A stretch of DNA of 64,000 nt from assembly GCA_963797145.1 (NCBI GenBank), contig CAWCOJ010000009.1, forward strand, positions 12,424-76,423, read 5' to 3'. Both the position numbers and the translations under genes were made by a program. This document shows positions 28,692-38,333 of the stretch, one piece after another. Each line of letters begins with the position of its first letter. The first letter of the stretch is position 1. The notes under the pieces are model-generated. The model was not told the origin of the DNA. It worked only from the letters and a program-made list of their open reading frames with translations, and searched no databases. The stretch comes from an uncultured Actinomycetota bacterium (GTDB lineage Bacteria; Actinomycetota; Actinomycetes; Mycobacteriales; Nakamurellaceae).

Positions 28692-29542
28692 GACGCGTCC
28701 CGCAGGTGCTGCTCCTGTCGGCCGAGGCCCTCGATCTCGATCTCCATCCGGTCGCCGGCGCGCAGGTACGGGAACCGACCGGAGAGCGCCACGCCCTGCG
28801 GGGTGCCGGTGTTGAGCAGGTCACCCGGCTCGAGCACGGTCACCTGGCTCAGTTCGTAGATCAGCGTCGCGACGTCGAACACCATGTCGACGGTCGAGGA
28901 GTCCTGCCGGGGCTCGCCGTTCACCCAGGACCGCAGCCGAAGTGCCTGCGGATCGGGGATCTCGTCCGCGGTCACCAGGTACGGCCCGAGCGGATTGAAG
29001 GTCTCGGCGCTCTTGCCCTTCGACCATTGGCCGCCGCTGATCTCCAGCTGGAACGCCCGCTCCGAGACGTCGTTGCTCACGCAGTAGCCGGCCACGTGCT
29101 CCAACGCCTGTTCCGGTGACTCCAGGTACCGCACCCGGCGGCCGATCACCACACCGAGCTCCACCTCCCAGTCGGTCTTCTCGGACCCGCGCGGGATGAG
29201 CACGTCGTCGTCGGGGCCGATCACGGTGTTCGGCGCCTTGTAGAACAGCACCGGCACCGTCGGCGCGCTGGCGCCGCTCTCGGCGGCGTGGGCGGCGTAG
29301 TTCATCCCGATGCACAGGACCGCGCTGGGCCGGGCAATCGGCGCACCGATCCGGAGACCGGTCACATCCCGGACCGGCAGCTCGCCGGCGGCGACCGCCG
29401 ACGCCACTCTGGCCGGGCCGTCACCGGCCAGGAACGCCCCGTCGATGTCGTCGGTGAGCCCGGTCAGGTCGTAGTGGCGGCCGTCGGCGCCCAGCAGCGT
29501 GGGCTGCTCCGCTCCGGGGGCGCCGATCCTGAGAAGCTTCAT
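28688..29542 (-). CDS. Fumarylacetoacetate hydrolase family protein
   Basis: CIGMNY..H, DWEVELG, NDVSER, GKS.ETF.PLGP, TGTP.GV. Confidence 0.92.
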   Translation of the reverse strand: MKLLRIGAPGAEQPTLLGADGRHYDLTGLTDDIDGAFLAGDGPARVASAVAAGELPVRDVTGLRIGAPIARPSAVLCIGMNYAAHAAESGASAPTVPVLFYKAPNTVIGPDDDVLIPRGSEKTDWEVELGVVIGRRVRYLESPEQALEHVAGYCVSNDVSERAFQLEISGGQWSKGKSAETFNPLGPYLVTADEIPDPQALRLRSWVNGEPRQDSSTVDMVFDVATLIYELSQVTVLEPGDLLNTGTPQGVALSGRFPYLRAGDRMEIEIEGLGRQEQHLRDAS

Positions 29543-29591
29543 GTCATTCTCCTTGTTGTTCCGAGGTGTGTGCGTTGGACGGTCGGCGACG

Positions 29592-30326
29592 TCAGCCGGC
29601 AGTCAGGCCGCCGTCCAGGGTGAGCTCGGCGCCGGTGATGAACGACGCCTGCGGCGACGCCAGATAGATCGCCGCGGCGGCGATCTCGGCCGGGGTGCCG
29701 AGTCGGCCCATCGGTTGTCTGGCGACCAGGGCGGCCCGCATCGCCACCGGGTCGTCGGCCTGGTCGAGAAGCCGGCCCACCCAGGGCGAATCCACCGTCC
29801 CCGGGCAGATGCAGTTGCATCGGACCCCGGTACCTGCGTACTGCACGGCGACCTGCTTGGTCAGTGCGATCACCGCGCCCTTGCTGGCGCAGTAGGCGGT
29901 CCGGTTCGGCAGGCCGATCTGTCCGGCAACCGAGGCGGTGTTGACGATGACGCCGTACCCTCGCTCCAGCATCGAGGGCAGCGCGTACTTGATGCCGAGG
30001 AACACGCCGCGAGCGTTGACGGTGAAGACCCGGTCCCACTCCTGCGCGGTGCAGCTGACCGGGTCGGCGGTCGAGCCGATACCGGCGTTGTTGCAGAGCA
30101 CATCGATGCGACCGGTGTCGTCGAGGACCCGCTGCACGGCCCGCTGGACCGCGCTCTCGTCGGTGACGTCGACCTGTAGCCCGGTGCTGCCGTCCGGGAC
30201 CCCGGACGGGTCGAGATCGGCGGCGAACACCGTCGCGCCCAACTCGGCGAACTGGGTGGCCATCTGCGCTCCGATGCCGGAAGCTGCGCCGGTGATCAGG
30301 ACCGACTGGCCGTCAAATGTGGTCAT
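29592..30326 (-). CDS. SDR oxidoreductase (2-keto-3-deoxy-sugar-acid dehydrogenase-like)
   Basis: TGAASGIG, NNAG, YCASK, CPGTVDSPW, DGG. Confidence 0.9.
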   Translation of the reverse strand: MTTFDGQSVLITGAASGIGAQMATQFAELGATVFAADLDPSGVPDGSTGLQVDVTDESAVQRAVQRVLDDTGRIDVLCNNAGIGSTADPVSCTAQEWDRVFTVNARGVFLGIKYALPSMLERGYGVIVNTASVAGQIGLPNRTAYCASKGAVIALTKQVAVQYAGTGVRCNCICPGTVDSPWVGRLLDQADDPVAMRAALVARQPMGRLGTPAEIAAAAIYLASPQASFITGAELTLDGGLTAG

Positions 30327-31629
30327 GGTGGTTGTCCTCACTGGGTTCGGGAAGGTGCGGCCGGGCCGGCCTCGGCCATGGGACGGCGAAAGTGGTGTCC
30401 TCGCACGCTTCGAGCTCGAGCAGGCGGTTCCATTTCGCCGTCCGCTCGCTGCGCTGGGTGGAGCCGACCTTGATCTGGCCCGCCCGCCAGCCGACCGCCA
30501 GGTCGGCGAGCCAGGAATCCTCGGTGTCGCCGGAGCGGGCCGAGACGACGGTGCGGTAGCCGGCCCGGTGGGCCCGTGCCACCACGTCCGCCGCGCCGGT
30601 CACCGTGCCGTTCTGGTTGACCTTGACCAGCACCGAGTTCGCCACGCCCGTACGGATTCCGGCGTCGAGCCGGTCCGGTCGGGTGGCGAAGAGGTCGTCG
30701 CCGACCAGCTCGACCGCGTGGCCGAGCCGATCGGTCAGCAGCCGCCAGGAGTCCCACTCGTCCTCGGCGGCACCGTCCTCGATCGACACGATCGGGAAGT
30801 CGGCATGCCAGGAGGCGATCTCGTCGACCAGCTCGGTCGGTGCCAGCGTGCGCCCCTCGGCGGCGAAGCGGTATCCGGTGCCGTCGAACAGTTCGGTGGC
30901 CGCCAGGTCGATGGCGATGCCGATCTGCGTCCCGGGTGCCAGACCCGCGGCCCGGATGCCGTCGACCAGCAGGTCCAGAGCTGCCCGGTTGCTCGGCAAC
31001 GCCAGTCCGAGACCCCCTTCGTCGGCGACCAGCACCGCGGAGGAATGTCCGCGCCCGAGCGCCAACTCGGTGGTCGTCTCCCGGACCGCGCCGGCCCACT
31101 CGATCGCCTCCGCAAACGAGGTGGCGCCGACCGGCACCACCAGGAAATCCTGAACGTCGAGCAGTCCTCCGGCGTGCGCCCCGCCGGAGATGATGTTGAC
31201 CATCGGCATCGGGAGCAGCAGCGGTCCCGGGCCGGCCAGCAGCCGGGATAGCGAGACTCCGCTGTCGGTGGCAGCCGTCCTGGCCGCGGCCAGCGACACC
31301 GCGAGCACCGCATTGGCGCCAAGGGGACCGCCAGTATCGGTGACGGCGAGCAGGGCGGCATCGAGTCCTCGCTGGTCGGTGACGTCCCGACCGACGCAGA
31401 TCGCGGCGAGCGGGCCGTTCACCTGGGCGACCGCCGACCGCACTCCCCGGCCCTGGTAACGGGTCCCGCCGTCCCGCAGCTCCAGCGCCTCGTGACTGCC
31501 GGTGGAGGCTCCTGACGGCACGGTGGCATGTGCGGCGACTCCGTCGGCCAGTTCCACCCTGGCGGCAACGGTGGGTCGGCCGCGGGAGTCCAACGCCTCC
31601 CACGCCCGCACTGAGGCGATCGCACTCAT
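30313..31629 (-). CDS. eno: Enolase paralogue (phosphopyruvate hydratase family) with active-site substitutions
   Basis: DSRGRPTV, PSGASTG.HEALELRDG, DEGG, SIEDG, VGDDLF, K.NQ.GT, QIK.GS..RSER.AKWN.LL; SARSG instead of SHRSG. Confidence 0.85.
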   Translation of the reverse strand: MSAIASVRAWEALDSRGRPTVAARVELADGVAAHATVPSGASTGSHEALELRDGGTRYQGRGVRSAVAQVNGPLAAICVGRDVTDQRGLDAALLAVTDTGGPLGANAVLAVSLAAARTAATDSGVSLSRLLAGPGPLLLPMPMVNIISGGAHAGGLLDVQDFLVVPVGATSFAEAIEWAGAVRETTTELALGRGHSSAVLVADEGGLGLALPSNRAALDLLVDGIRAAGLAPGTQIGIAIDLAATELFDGTGYRFAAEGRTLAPTELVDEIASWHADFPIVSIEDGAAEDEWDSWRLLTDRLGHAVELVGDDLFATRPDRLDAGIRTGVANSVLVKVNQNGTVTGAADVVARAHRAGYRTVVSARSGDTEDSWLADLAVGWRAGQIKVGSTQRSERTAKWNRLLELEACEDTTFAVPWPRPARPHLPEPSEDNHHDHI

Positions 31630-32627
31630 CCGGTCGCCGCCGCCCAGAGGTCGTCCATGCGGCGCTCCGGGTGCCGGAGCTGATCGAGGGCGAGATTGCG
31701 CACGGTCGCCTGCTCGTCACGGGTGAGGTAGCCCGCAGGTGAGAGCCCGTCGACCCTGGCCAACAACAGGCACGCGGTGTGCCCGGCCAGGTCCGCGCTG
31801 TTCTGCTGCCGGTCGGCGTGCTGCGCATACGCGTCCAGGAAGGCGTCGCCGGCGGCGTGGAACGCCGCCGCGTCCACCGGCCGGTGCACGGCCTTGAGTA
31901 TCAGGTGGCAGAGCAGGAAGGCCAGGTCGAATACCGGTGCCCCGAGATGTGCGACCTCCAGATCGAGCACCCACCAGCCGTCCTCGCCCACCAGCACGTT
32001 CTTCGGCGAGAAGTCGCCGTCCACCAGGCAGTCGCGATTGCTGCGGAGCTCTGCAACCAGCTCGAGAATCCGCGGCGCAACGTCCGGATGGCGCTGCGCC
32101 ACGGTCAGATGAAACGGCCGCAACCGCAGCTGCTCGAAGGGCTCCAGATCGAGGAAGATCTCGTCCAGGACGATCTGGCCGCCGTCGGCCCTGGTCGCCC
32201 GGTGCCAGGTGCCCAGCAGCCCACCGAGTTCCGCGGCGATCCGGACCGTGCGTTCGGGAGGCGCCCCGGCGAGCAATTCGTCCTTCCACGGCACCCAGTC
32301 GGCGGGGGCAGCGGTCATCACCAGCGCGTGAGCGGCCGGGTCGTCGTCGAGCACCGTCGGCAGCCGGTCCGGGCCCAGCGGCGCCAGCACCCGCAGCGCA
32401 GCGGCCTCGGTCTGGGCCCTGGCCGGGGCGGCCTCCCACAGCGCCGCCACCCGCAACCGGGGCAGCGCCTGCTTCACCACCACCCGGAAGTCCGGACCCT
32501 CCACCAGGAGCACCACGCCGGACACTCCGCCGGACAGTTCGGTGGTCCGCACGGTCGCCGCCGTCGGCCAGCCCCGCGTTCCGAGATAGTCTGCTGCGCT
32601 GGCGTTGTCGAGGATCCCGGAGATCAT
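31626..32627 (-). CDS. Phosphotransferase, APH / methylthioribose-kinase-like
   Basis: LSGGVS, VVKQALPRL, GDFSPKNVL, LDLEVAH.G.P.FD. Confidence 0.8.
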   Translation of the reverse strand: MISGILDNASAADYLGTRGWPTAATVRTTELSGGVSGVVLLVEGPDFRVVVKQALPRLRVAALWEAAPARAQTEAAALRVLAPLGPDRLPTVLDDDPAAHALVMTAAPADWVPWKDELLAGAPPERTVRIAAELGGLLGTWHRATRADGGQIVLDEIFLDLEPFEQLRLRPFHLTVAQRHPDVAPRILELVAELRSNRDCLVDGDFSPKNVLVGEDGWWVLDLEVAHLGAPVFDLAFLLCHLILKAVHRPVDAAAFHAAGDAFLDAYAQHADRQQNSADLAGHTACLLLARVDGLSPAGYLTRDEQATVRNLALDQLRHPERRMDDLWAAATG

Positions 32628-33340
32628 CGGGTCACCGCCGGTTCATCGACGAAGTAGTCCGGATGCTGGGTGCGCAGCCGCGGCCCGAACTCCAGCACCC
32701 GCCGGGCGTGCCGTCGAATGTGCGCCTGCCCGCCGGCGCTGTCGCCGGCCTCCAGCGCATCCACGATCAAGGTGTGCTCGTCGATCAGATCGTCGACCGT
32801 CTCCGTATCCGGCAGGCTGAGCCGACGGAGCCGGTCGAGCTGGAACTTGCTGCGCTGCACGGCGGTCCAGGCGCCCGGATACCCGCTCAATCCGAAGATC
32901 CCGGCGTGCAGAGCTTCGTCGGCCACGAAGAAGCCGTCCATGTCGCCCCGATCCGCGGCCACCCGTTGGGCGTCGAGCACCGCGCGCAGCCCTGAGACGT
33001 CGCGTGCCGGCTGCGAGCAGGCCAGGTCGAAGGCGGCGGTCTCCAGGGTCTCCCGGATGAACCGGGCCTCCTCGGCGTCCCGCATCCGGATCCTGGCGAC
33101 CAACGTGCCGACCTGCGGCAGCACCTGGAGCAGCCCGGCGTCGGCCAACCTGGCCAGCGCCTCCCGCAGCGGCGTCCGGCTGACCTGCAGTTCGACGGCC
33201 AGTTCGGCTTCGGACAGCAAGCGGCCGGGAGGCAGTCGGAGGTCGCGGATCGCCGCAACGAGCTCGTCGAACACCCGATCGGACGTGCGACCGCCGCGAT
33301 CCCGGACCACGGGCGCGAGCCCCAGTCCGGTGTTCGCCAT
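32624..33340 (-). CDS. GntR family transcriptional regulator (FCD)
   Basis: LPPG..LSEAELA..LQVSRTPLREAL; DE.LH; EH..I. Confidence 0.9.
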   Translation of the reverse strand: MANTGLGLAPVVRDRGGRTSDRVFDELVAAIRDLRLPPGRLLSEAELAVELQVSRTPLREALARLADAGLLQVLPQVGTLVARIRMRDAEEARFIRETLETAAFDLACSQPARDVSGLRAVLDAQRVAADRGDMDGFFVADEALHAGIFGLSGYPGAWTAVQRSKFQLDRLRRLSLPDTETVDDLIDEHTLIVDALEAGDSAGGQAHIRRHARRVLEFGPRLRTQHPDYFVDEPAVTR

Positions 33341-33385
33341 CGCGCGCCGCCTTCCACACCCTCGGGCCGGGTCGGTCGAGACCCG

Positions 33386-33417
33386 TTGACACGCACCCTT
33401 GCATACTTGTATACAAG
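33386..33417. promoter_or_regulatory. Divergent promoter with GntR-type palindrome
   Basis: TTGACA at 33386-33391 and perfect palindrome CTTGTATACAAG at 33406-33417. Confidence 0.7.
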
Positions 33418-33472
33418 CTGACAAGCACGAGACTGCGCCGGTGTGGCCGCAGCAGGCATCGAGGAGTGTGTG

Positions 33473-34290
33473 ATGGGCGAACCGACCGGCAGCGCACCGG
33501 AGTTCGACGGCCGGGTCGCCCTGGTGACCGGCGGTTCCGGGGGCATCGGCCTGGCCTCCGCGGACCTGCTGCTGCAGCGCGGGGCCCGGGTGATGATCAG
33601 CGGCACCCCCCGCGACGTGCCCGCCGCGCTGGACCGGCTGGCCGGCTACGGCGATCGGGTGGCCGGCCTGGCTGCCGACCTGGGTGACGAGTCCGCGGTC
33701 GCCGGGCTGGTCGCGTCGACCGTCGAACGTTTCGGCGGACTCGACGTGCTCGTCGCCGCGGCCGGCATCCAGCGCTACGGCACGGCCGCCGAGACCACCA
33801 CAGCCGAGTGGGACCAGGTGCTCTCGATCAACCTGCGCGGGGCGTTCTTCGCGGTCCGGGAGTCGTTGCCGCACCTGCGGTCCAAGCGGACGGCAGCATC
33901 GTGCTGGTGTCATCGGTGCAGGCCTTCGTCACCCAGAGCGGAGTGGCCGCCTACACCGCGAGCAAGGGTGCCTTGAACGCGCTCACCCGGTCGATCGCGG
34001 TCGACGAGGCCGGCAACGGGGTGCGGGCCAACGTGGTGTGCCCGGGGTCGGTGGACACCCCGATGCTGCGGGCCTCCGCCCGCAGCTTCTCCGACGGCAC
34101 CGACGAGGGCGAGCAGCAGCTCATCGACTCCTGGGGTCGAGGCCATCCGCTGGGCCGGGTGGCCCGGCCGGACGAGGTCGCCGAGGCGGTGTGCTTCCTG
34201 GCGTCGTCGCGGTCGTCGTTCGTCACCGGCATCGCCCTGCCGGTCGACGGCGGCCTGTTGGCCCAGGTCGCCGTGGTGCTCCCCGAATGA
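33473..34290 (+). CDS. SDR oxidoreductase (aldose dehydrogenase-like; frameshift ~33890)
   Basis: TGGSGGIG, AAGIQRYG, then SSVQ, YTASK, CPGSVDTPML in the next frame. Confidence 0.88.
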
Positions 34291-34321
34291 CCACCGCCGC
34301 TCGCCGCCGGGAGCGCGGCCG

Positions 34322-35176
34322 ATGAGCACGGCCAGGGTGCTGGTGCGGGCCGCCTCCCGGGTCGGTGAGGGTCCGGTCTGGGACGCCGACGCCGGCGTGG
34401 TGCGCTGGGTCGACATCCTCGCCGGCGAGCTGCACAGCACCGACCCGGGGACCGGCGCGACCACGTCGATCACGGTACCGACGCTGGTCGGTGCGGCTGC
34501 TCCGCGCGCCGGTGGCGGCCTGGTGCTCGCCACCCGGGAGGGCTTCGCCACCCTCGACGGCGACGCATTCACCCCACGGCTGCAGGTGCTGGCCGAGGGC
34601 CACCGGATGAACGACGCGGCCTGCGATCCGCGTGGCCGGTACTGGGCCGGAAGCACCGAGATGGCTTTCACCCCTGGGGAAGGCCGGCTGCATGTGCTCG
34701 ACGCCGGGTGGCACAGCCAGGTGGTGCTCGAGGACCTGACCCTGCCCAACGGGATGGGCTGGAGCCCGGACGGCAGCACCTACTATCTGGCCGACACGCC
34801 GAGCGGCGAGATCCTCGCCTTCGATGTCGACACCGAGACCGGCCTACCCGGCAACCGCAGGCTGTTCAGCACCATCGATCCACTGCGCGGCATGCCCGAT
34901 GGCATGACGGTCGACGCGGCCGGCTGCCTCTGGGTGGCGTTGTGGGGCGGTGCGGCCGTGGTCCGGCTGGCGCCCGACGGTTCCGAGCTCTCCGTGGTAC
35001 GGCTGCCGGTGACGCAGCCATCGGCCTGCGCGTTCGGCGGCCCGGAGTTGGACCGGTTGTTCATCACCTCGGCCAGAGACGGGCTCAACCTGGCCGACGA
35101 CGACCTGGACGGCTCCCTGTTCGTCCTCGACGATCCCGGGGTCCGAGGGCAGCCGGCGACCCCGTTCGGCGGTTGA
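34322..35176 (+). CDS. SMP-30/gluconolactonase/LRE family sugar lactonase
   Basis: GEGPVW, RMND...DPRGR, PNG.GWSPDG, PDG.TVD, AFGG. Confidence 0.92.
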   Translation: MSTARVLVRAASRVGEGPVWDADAGVVRWVDILAGELHSTDPGTGATTSITVPTLVGAAAPRAGGGLVLATREGFATLDGDAFTPRLQVLAEGHRMNDAACDPRGRYWAGSTEMAFTPGEGRLHVLDAGWHSQVVLEDLTLPNGMGWSPDGSTYYLADTPSGEILAFDVDTETGLPGNRRLFSTIDPLRGMPDGMTVDAAGCLWVALWGGAAVVRLAPDGSELSVVRLPVTQPSACAFGGPELDRLFITSARDGLNLADDDLDGSLFVLDDPGVRGQPATPFGG

Positions 35177-35180
35177 GCGG

Positions 35181-36146
35181 GTGGCCGATCGACCCGGACC
35201 CGAGGAGCTGCTGACGCTGCGCTCCGATCAACTGGCGGTCGACCTGCTGCCCGGCAAGGGTGCAGACCTCTGCTCGCTGGTGCACCGCGACACCGGCGTC
35301 GACGTGCTGTGGCGCACCCCGTGGGGGTGGCGCGATCCCCACGGACTGCCCTGGACCGGCGACAGCCAGATCGACTTCCTCGCCCGGTATCCCGGTGGCT
35401 GGCAGCAGCTGGTGCCCAACGCCGGACCGCCTCGCGAGCAGGACGGCGTGCAGCTGAGCTACCACGGCGAGGCCGCCGTCGTGCCGTGGCAGGTGCTGGA
35501 GCGCGACGATGCCCACGCGCTGCTCGAGGTGCACCTGCTGACCGCCCCGCTGCACCTGACCAGGCACGTCACCCTGGTCGGTGCCCGGCTGCTGCTGCGA
35601 GACGAGATCGTCAACGAGAGCCCCGATCCGGTCGAGGTGCGCTGGGTGCAGCATCCCGGCTTCGGCGCGCCGTTCATCGACGGCGCGGCCCGGATCCACA
35701 CCGGGGCACGGCTCTTCGTCACCGACGCGGATGCGCCGGGTGCGCAGCTGCCGGGCGACGCGATCCAGGAGTGGCCGCTGGTCGCCGACGTCCACGGCAA
35801 CCAGGTCGATCTGCAGATGGTGCCGGACGTCGTCGATCAGCGAGCCGTTTTCGGTGCGCTCACCGACTTCGACGCCGCTTGGTGCGCCATCACCAGCCCC
35901 ACCACCGGACTCCGGCTGCGGATGGAGTGGGACCCGACGGTGTTCCCGCATGCCTGGTTCTGGCAGGAATGCCATGGCTCCCCTGGCTTTCCATGGTTCC
36001 GCCGCGCCTACGTGGTCGCCGTCGAACCGGCGAACGTGCTGCCCGGCGAGGGCACCGTCGGTGCCCTGCGCCGCGGGAGTGGCCCGGTGCTGGCCGGTGG
36101 GCAGCGGCTGACGTCGGAGATCAGCGTGACGCTCGAGCGGATCTGA
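35181..36146 (+). CDS. Aldose 1-epimerase-like (galactose mutarotase fold, DUF4432-like)
   Basis: GGWQ.L.PN, HGE, HPGF, WQE, AVEP. Confidence 0.75.
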   Translation: MADRPGPEELLTLRSDQLAVDLLPGKGADLCSLVHRDTGVDVLWRTPWGWRDPHGLPWTGDSQIDFLARYPGGWQQLVPNAGPPREQDGVQLSYHGEAAVVPWQVLERDDAHALLEVHLLTAPLHLTRHVTLVGARLLLRDEIVNESPDPVEVRWVQHPGFGAPFIDGAARIHTGARLFVTDADAPGAQLPGDAIQEWPLVADVHGNQVDLQMVPDVVDQRAVFGALTDFDAAWCAITSPTTGLRLRMEWDPTVFPHAWFWQECHGSPGFPWFRRAYVVAVEPANVLPGEGTVGALRRGSGPVLAGGQRLTSEISVTLERI

Positions 36147-36190
36147 TCGCGCGGGCGCCGGTTCCTCCCGCGCCGCCGTAGAGTTGGACG

Positions 36191-37765
36191 GTGGCCGACA
36201 GCCGACCGGCAGGTGGCGTCAGGATCGCGGAGCTGCTCGCGACCTTGTCCTACGCCGCTGACCTCGGTCTGGGCCAGCCGATGGCGCACTGCATGCGGCA
36301 GACCGTCATCGCGCTGCGGATGGCAGATCTCATGGCTGCGACGCCGCCGGACCGGGCGGCGACCTACTACGTCGGTATGCTGATCAACGCGCACTGCCAC
36401 GCCGACGCGGCCGAGCAGGCGACCTGGTTCGGCGACGACATCAGTTACAAGAGCGATGGTTTCGACCTCCTCGGGATGAACACCGCGCAGATTGGCGCGA
36501 TGATGTTGCGGCGGGTCGGATCCCACGGGTCGGGGAAGGATCGGTTCAGACGGCTCGCCAGTTTCCCGTTGGGCGGGCACCGGCTGGTCGAGGACTTCCT
36601 CTCCACCCATTGCGCTCTCGGCGTCCGGTTCGCGCAGCGGGTCGGTCTGGACGAGACCACCAGCACCGCCGTCGGACAGGCCTACGAGCAGTGGGACGGC
36701 AAGGGCGTTCCGCTGCACCTCGGCGGTGCCGAGATCTCGCTACCTGCCCGGCTGGTCCAGGTGGCCGGTCCCACTGAGGTGCTCTCCCGGCGACGCGGCC
36801 CCGCGGCGACCATCCGGATCATGCGTCGACACCGCGGCAGCTACTTCGATCCGGAGGCCGTCGACCTGTTCTGCGACAACGCCGCGGCCCTGCTCGCAGA
36901 CCTGGACGAGGCGGCCGGCTGGGACCACCTGCTGGAGGCCGAACCCGAGCCGTCCCGCCGGGTCGACGGAGCCGAGCTCGATCGTGCGCTGGAGGCGATG
37001 GCCGACCTCGCGGACCTGAAATCCCCTTACTTTGCCGGGCATTCCCGGGGCGTAGCGCAGCTGGCCGCCCAGGCCGCCGGCGTGTCGGGACTGTCCGAGA
37101 CCGACATCGTGACCGTCCGCCGCGCGGGCTATCTCCATGACCTCGGTCGGCTGGGCGTGTCGAACGCCATCTGGGACAAGAGATCTCCGCTGACCGAGGT
37201 GGAGCTCGAGCGGGTGCGCCTGCATCCGTACCTGACCGCTCGGATGGTGGCACGGATCGCCGAGCTGGGCAGCAGCCGCGAGGTCGCAGCGCGCCACCAC
37301 GAACGTCTCGACGGCTCGGGCTACCCCGCCGGGCAGACCGCGGCCTCGCTGACCCCGTTGGATCGGTTGCTGGCGGCCGCGGATTGCTACCACGCCATGA
37401 CCGAACCGCGGCCGCACCGGCCCGGGCTGGCTCCGCAGGACGCCACCGCCGAGCTACGGCGGGAGGTACGAAGAGGCCGGCTCGACGGTGACGCGGTGAA
37501 CGCGGTCCTCATCGCGGCGGGGCAACGGGCATCGGCCAGGGCCTGGCCGGGCGGGCTGACCGCCAGGGAGGTCGAGGTGCTCGGCCTGCTCGCCCGCGGG
37601 CACACGAACGGGCAGATCGCCCACCGGCTCAGCATGTCTCCCAAGACCGCCTCGAACCACGTCGAGCACATCTACGCGAAGGTCGGGGTGTCGAGTCGCG
37701 CCGCCGCCACCCTGTTCGCAACGGAGCAGGGTCTGGTCGGCAGCTTCGAGCCCCGCGCGCACTGA
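36191..37765 (+). CDS. HD-GYP-like domain plus C-terminal LuxR HTH regulator
   Basis: [35 protein letters not shown]. Confidence 0.9.
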   Translation: MADSRPAGGVRIAELLATLSYAADLGLGQPMAHCMRQTVIALRMADLMAATPPDRAATYYVGMLINAHCHADAAEQATWFGDDISYKSDGFDLLGMNTAQIGAMMLRRVGSHGSGKDRFRRLASFPLGGHRLVEDFLSTHCALGVRFAQRVGLDETTSTAVGQAYEQWDGKGVPLHLGGAEISLPARLVQVAGPTEVLSRRRGPAATIRIMRRHRGSYFDPEAVDLFCDNAAALLADLDEAAGWDHLLEAEPEPSRRVDGAELDRALEAMADLADLKSPYFAGHSRGVAQLAAQAAGVSGLSETDIVTVRRAGYLHDLGRLGVSNAIWDKRSPLTEVELERVRLHPYLTARMVARIAELGSSREVAARHHERLDGSGYPAGQTAASLTPLDRLLAAADCYHAMTEPRPHRPGLAPQDATAELRREVRRGRLDGDAVNAVLIAAGQRASARAWPGGLTAREVEVLGLLARGHTNGQIAHRLSMSPKTASNHVEHIYAKVGVSSRAAATLFATEQGLVGSFEPRAH

Positions 37766-37779
37766 GCCCGGCCAGGGGG

Positions 37780-37825
37780 ATGAGGTGAACGCCTCATGCG
37801 CGAGGCCGGGACCCGCTCCTACCGT
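37780..37825 (+). promoter_or_regulatory. Palindromic operator and -10 element upstream of the cupin gene
   Basis: ATGAGG-tgaacg-CCTCAT (37780-37797) followed by TACCGT (37820-37825). Confidence 0.55.
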
Positions 37826-37861
37826 CGTCCTCAACCGAGCAACGCGACCGAGGAGCGAGTC

Positions 37862-38269
37862 ATGCCGAAGATGTCCAAGAGCAGCGCCCAGATGGTCAAC
37901 GACGTCGGACCGGCCGTGGACGCCAGCGGCAGGTTGGACGACCTGACCGTCGACTTCGTCACCATTCGGGAGGCGCACTCGTTGGCGCCGATGCTGGCGG
38001 GACTCCCCGGCGACAGCTGCCCATGTCCGCACTGGGGCTACCTTTTCGCCGGATCGCTGACCGTCAGCTACGCCGACCACGAGGAGGTCTATCAGGCCGG
38101 CGATGCGTACTACATGACGCCGGGTCATGTGCCGGCCGCGGCGGCCGGCAGCGAGTTCGTCCAGTTCAGTCCCGCCGACCAGCTGGCCGCTGTGCACGCC
38201 CACATGATGACCCGCGCGCAGGAGATGGCCCAGCAGGTGATGACACAGCAGGTGATGACAGAGGCATGA
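37862..38269 (+). CDS. Cupin domain protein
   Basis: GLPGD.CPCPHWGY...G, AGDAYY..PGH, FSP. Confidence 0.85.
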   Translation: MPKMSKSSAQMVNDVGPAVDASGRLDDLTVDFVTIREAHSLAPMLAGLPGDSCPCPHWGYLFAGSLTVSYADHEEVYQAGDAYYMTPGHVPAAAAGSEFVQFSPADQLAAVHAHMMTRAQEMAQQVMTQQVMTEA

Positions 38270-38305
38270 ATCTCGGCCGCAGGTCGGCGGCGCCTGCAGC
38301 GAGGT

Positions 38306-38327
38306 TGTCGGTCCGGGTCCGTACCCT
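38306..38327 (+). promoter_or_regulatory. PafBC / RecA-NDp DNA-damage promoter (leaderless transcript)
   Basis: TGTCGG-N10-TACCCT, 6 nt before ATG at 38334. Confidence 0.75.
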
Positions 38328-38333
38328 TCGACC

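Noticed and set aside
31626-32627. Aminoglycoside resistance kinase or methionine-salvage mtnK
   Set aside because: Located in a sugar catabolic operon with no mtnA; the fold alone does not define the substrate.
33880-33900. Programmed ribosomal frameshifting at this and the other breaks
   Set aside because: No slippery heptamers were noticed, and the breaks are scattered over unrelated genes.
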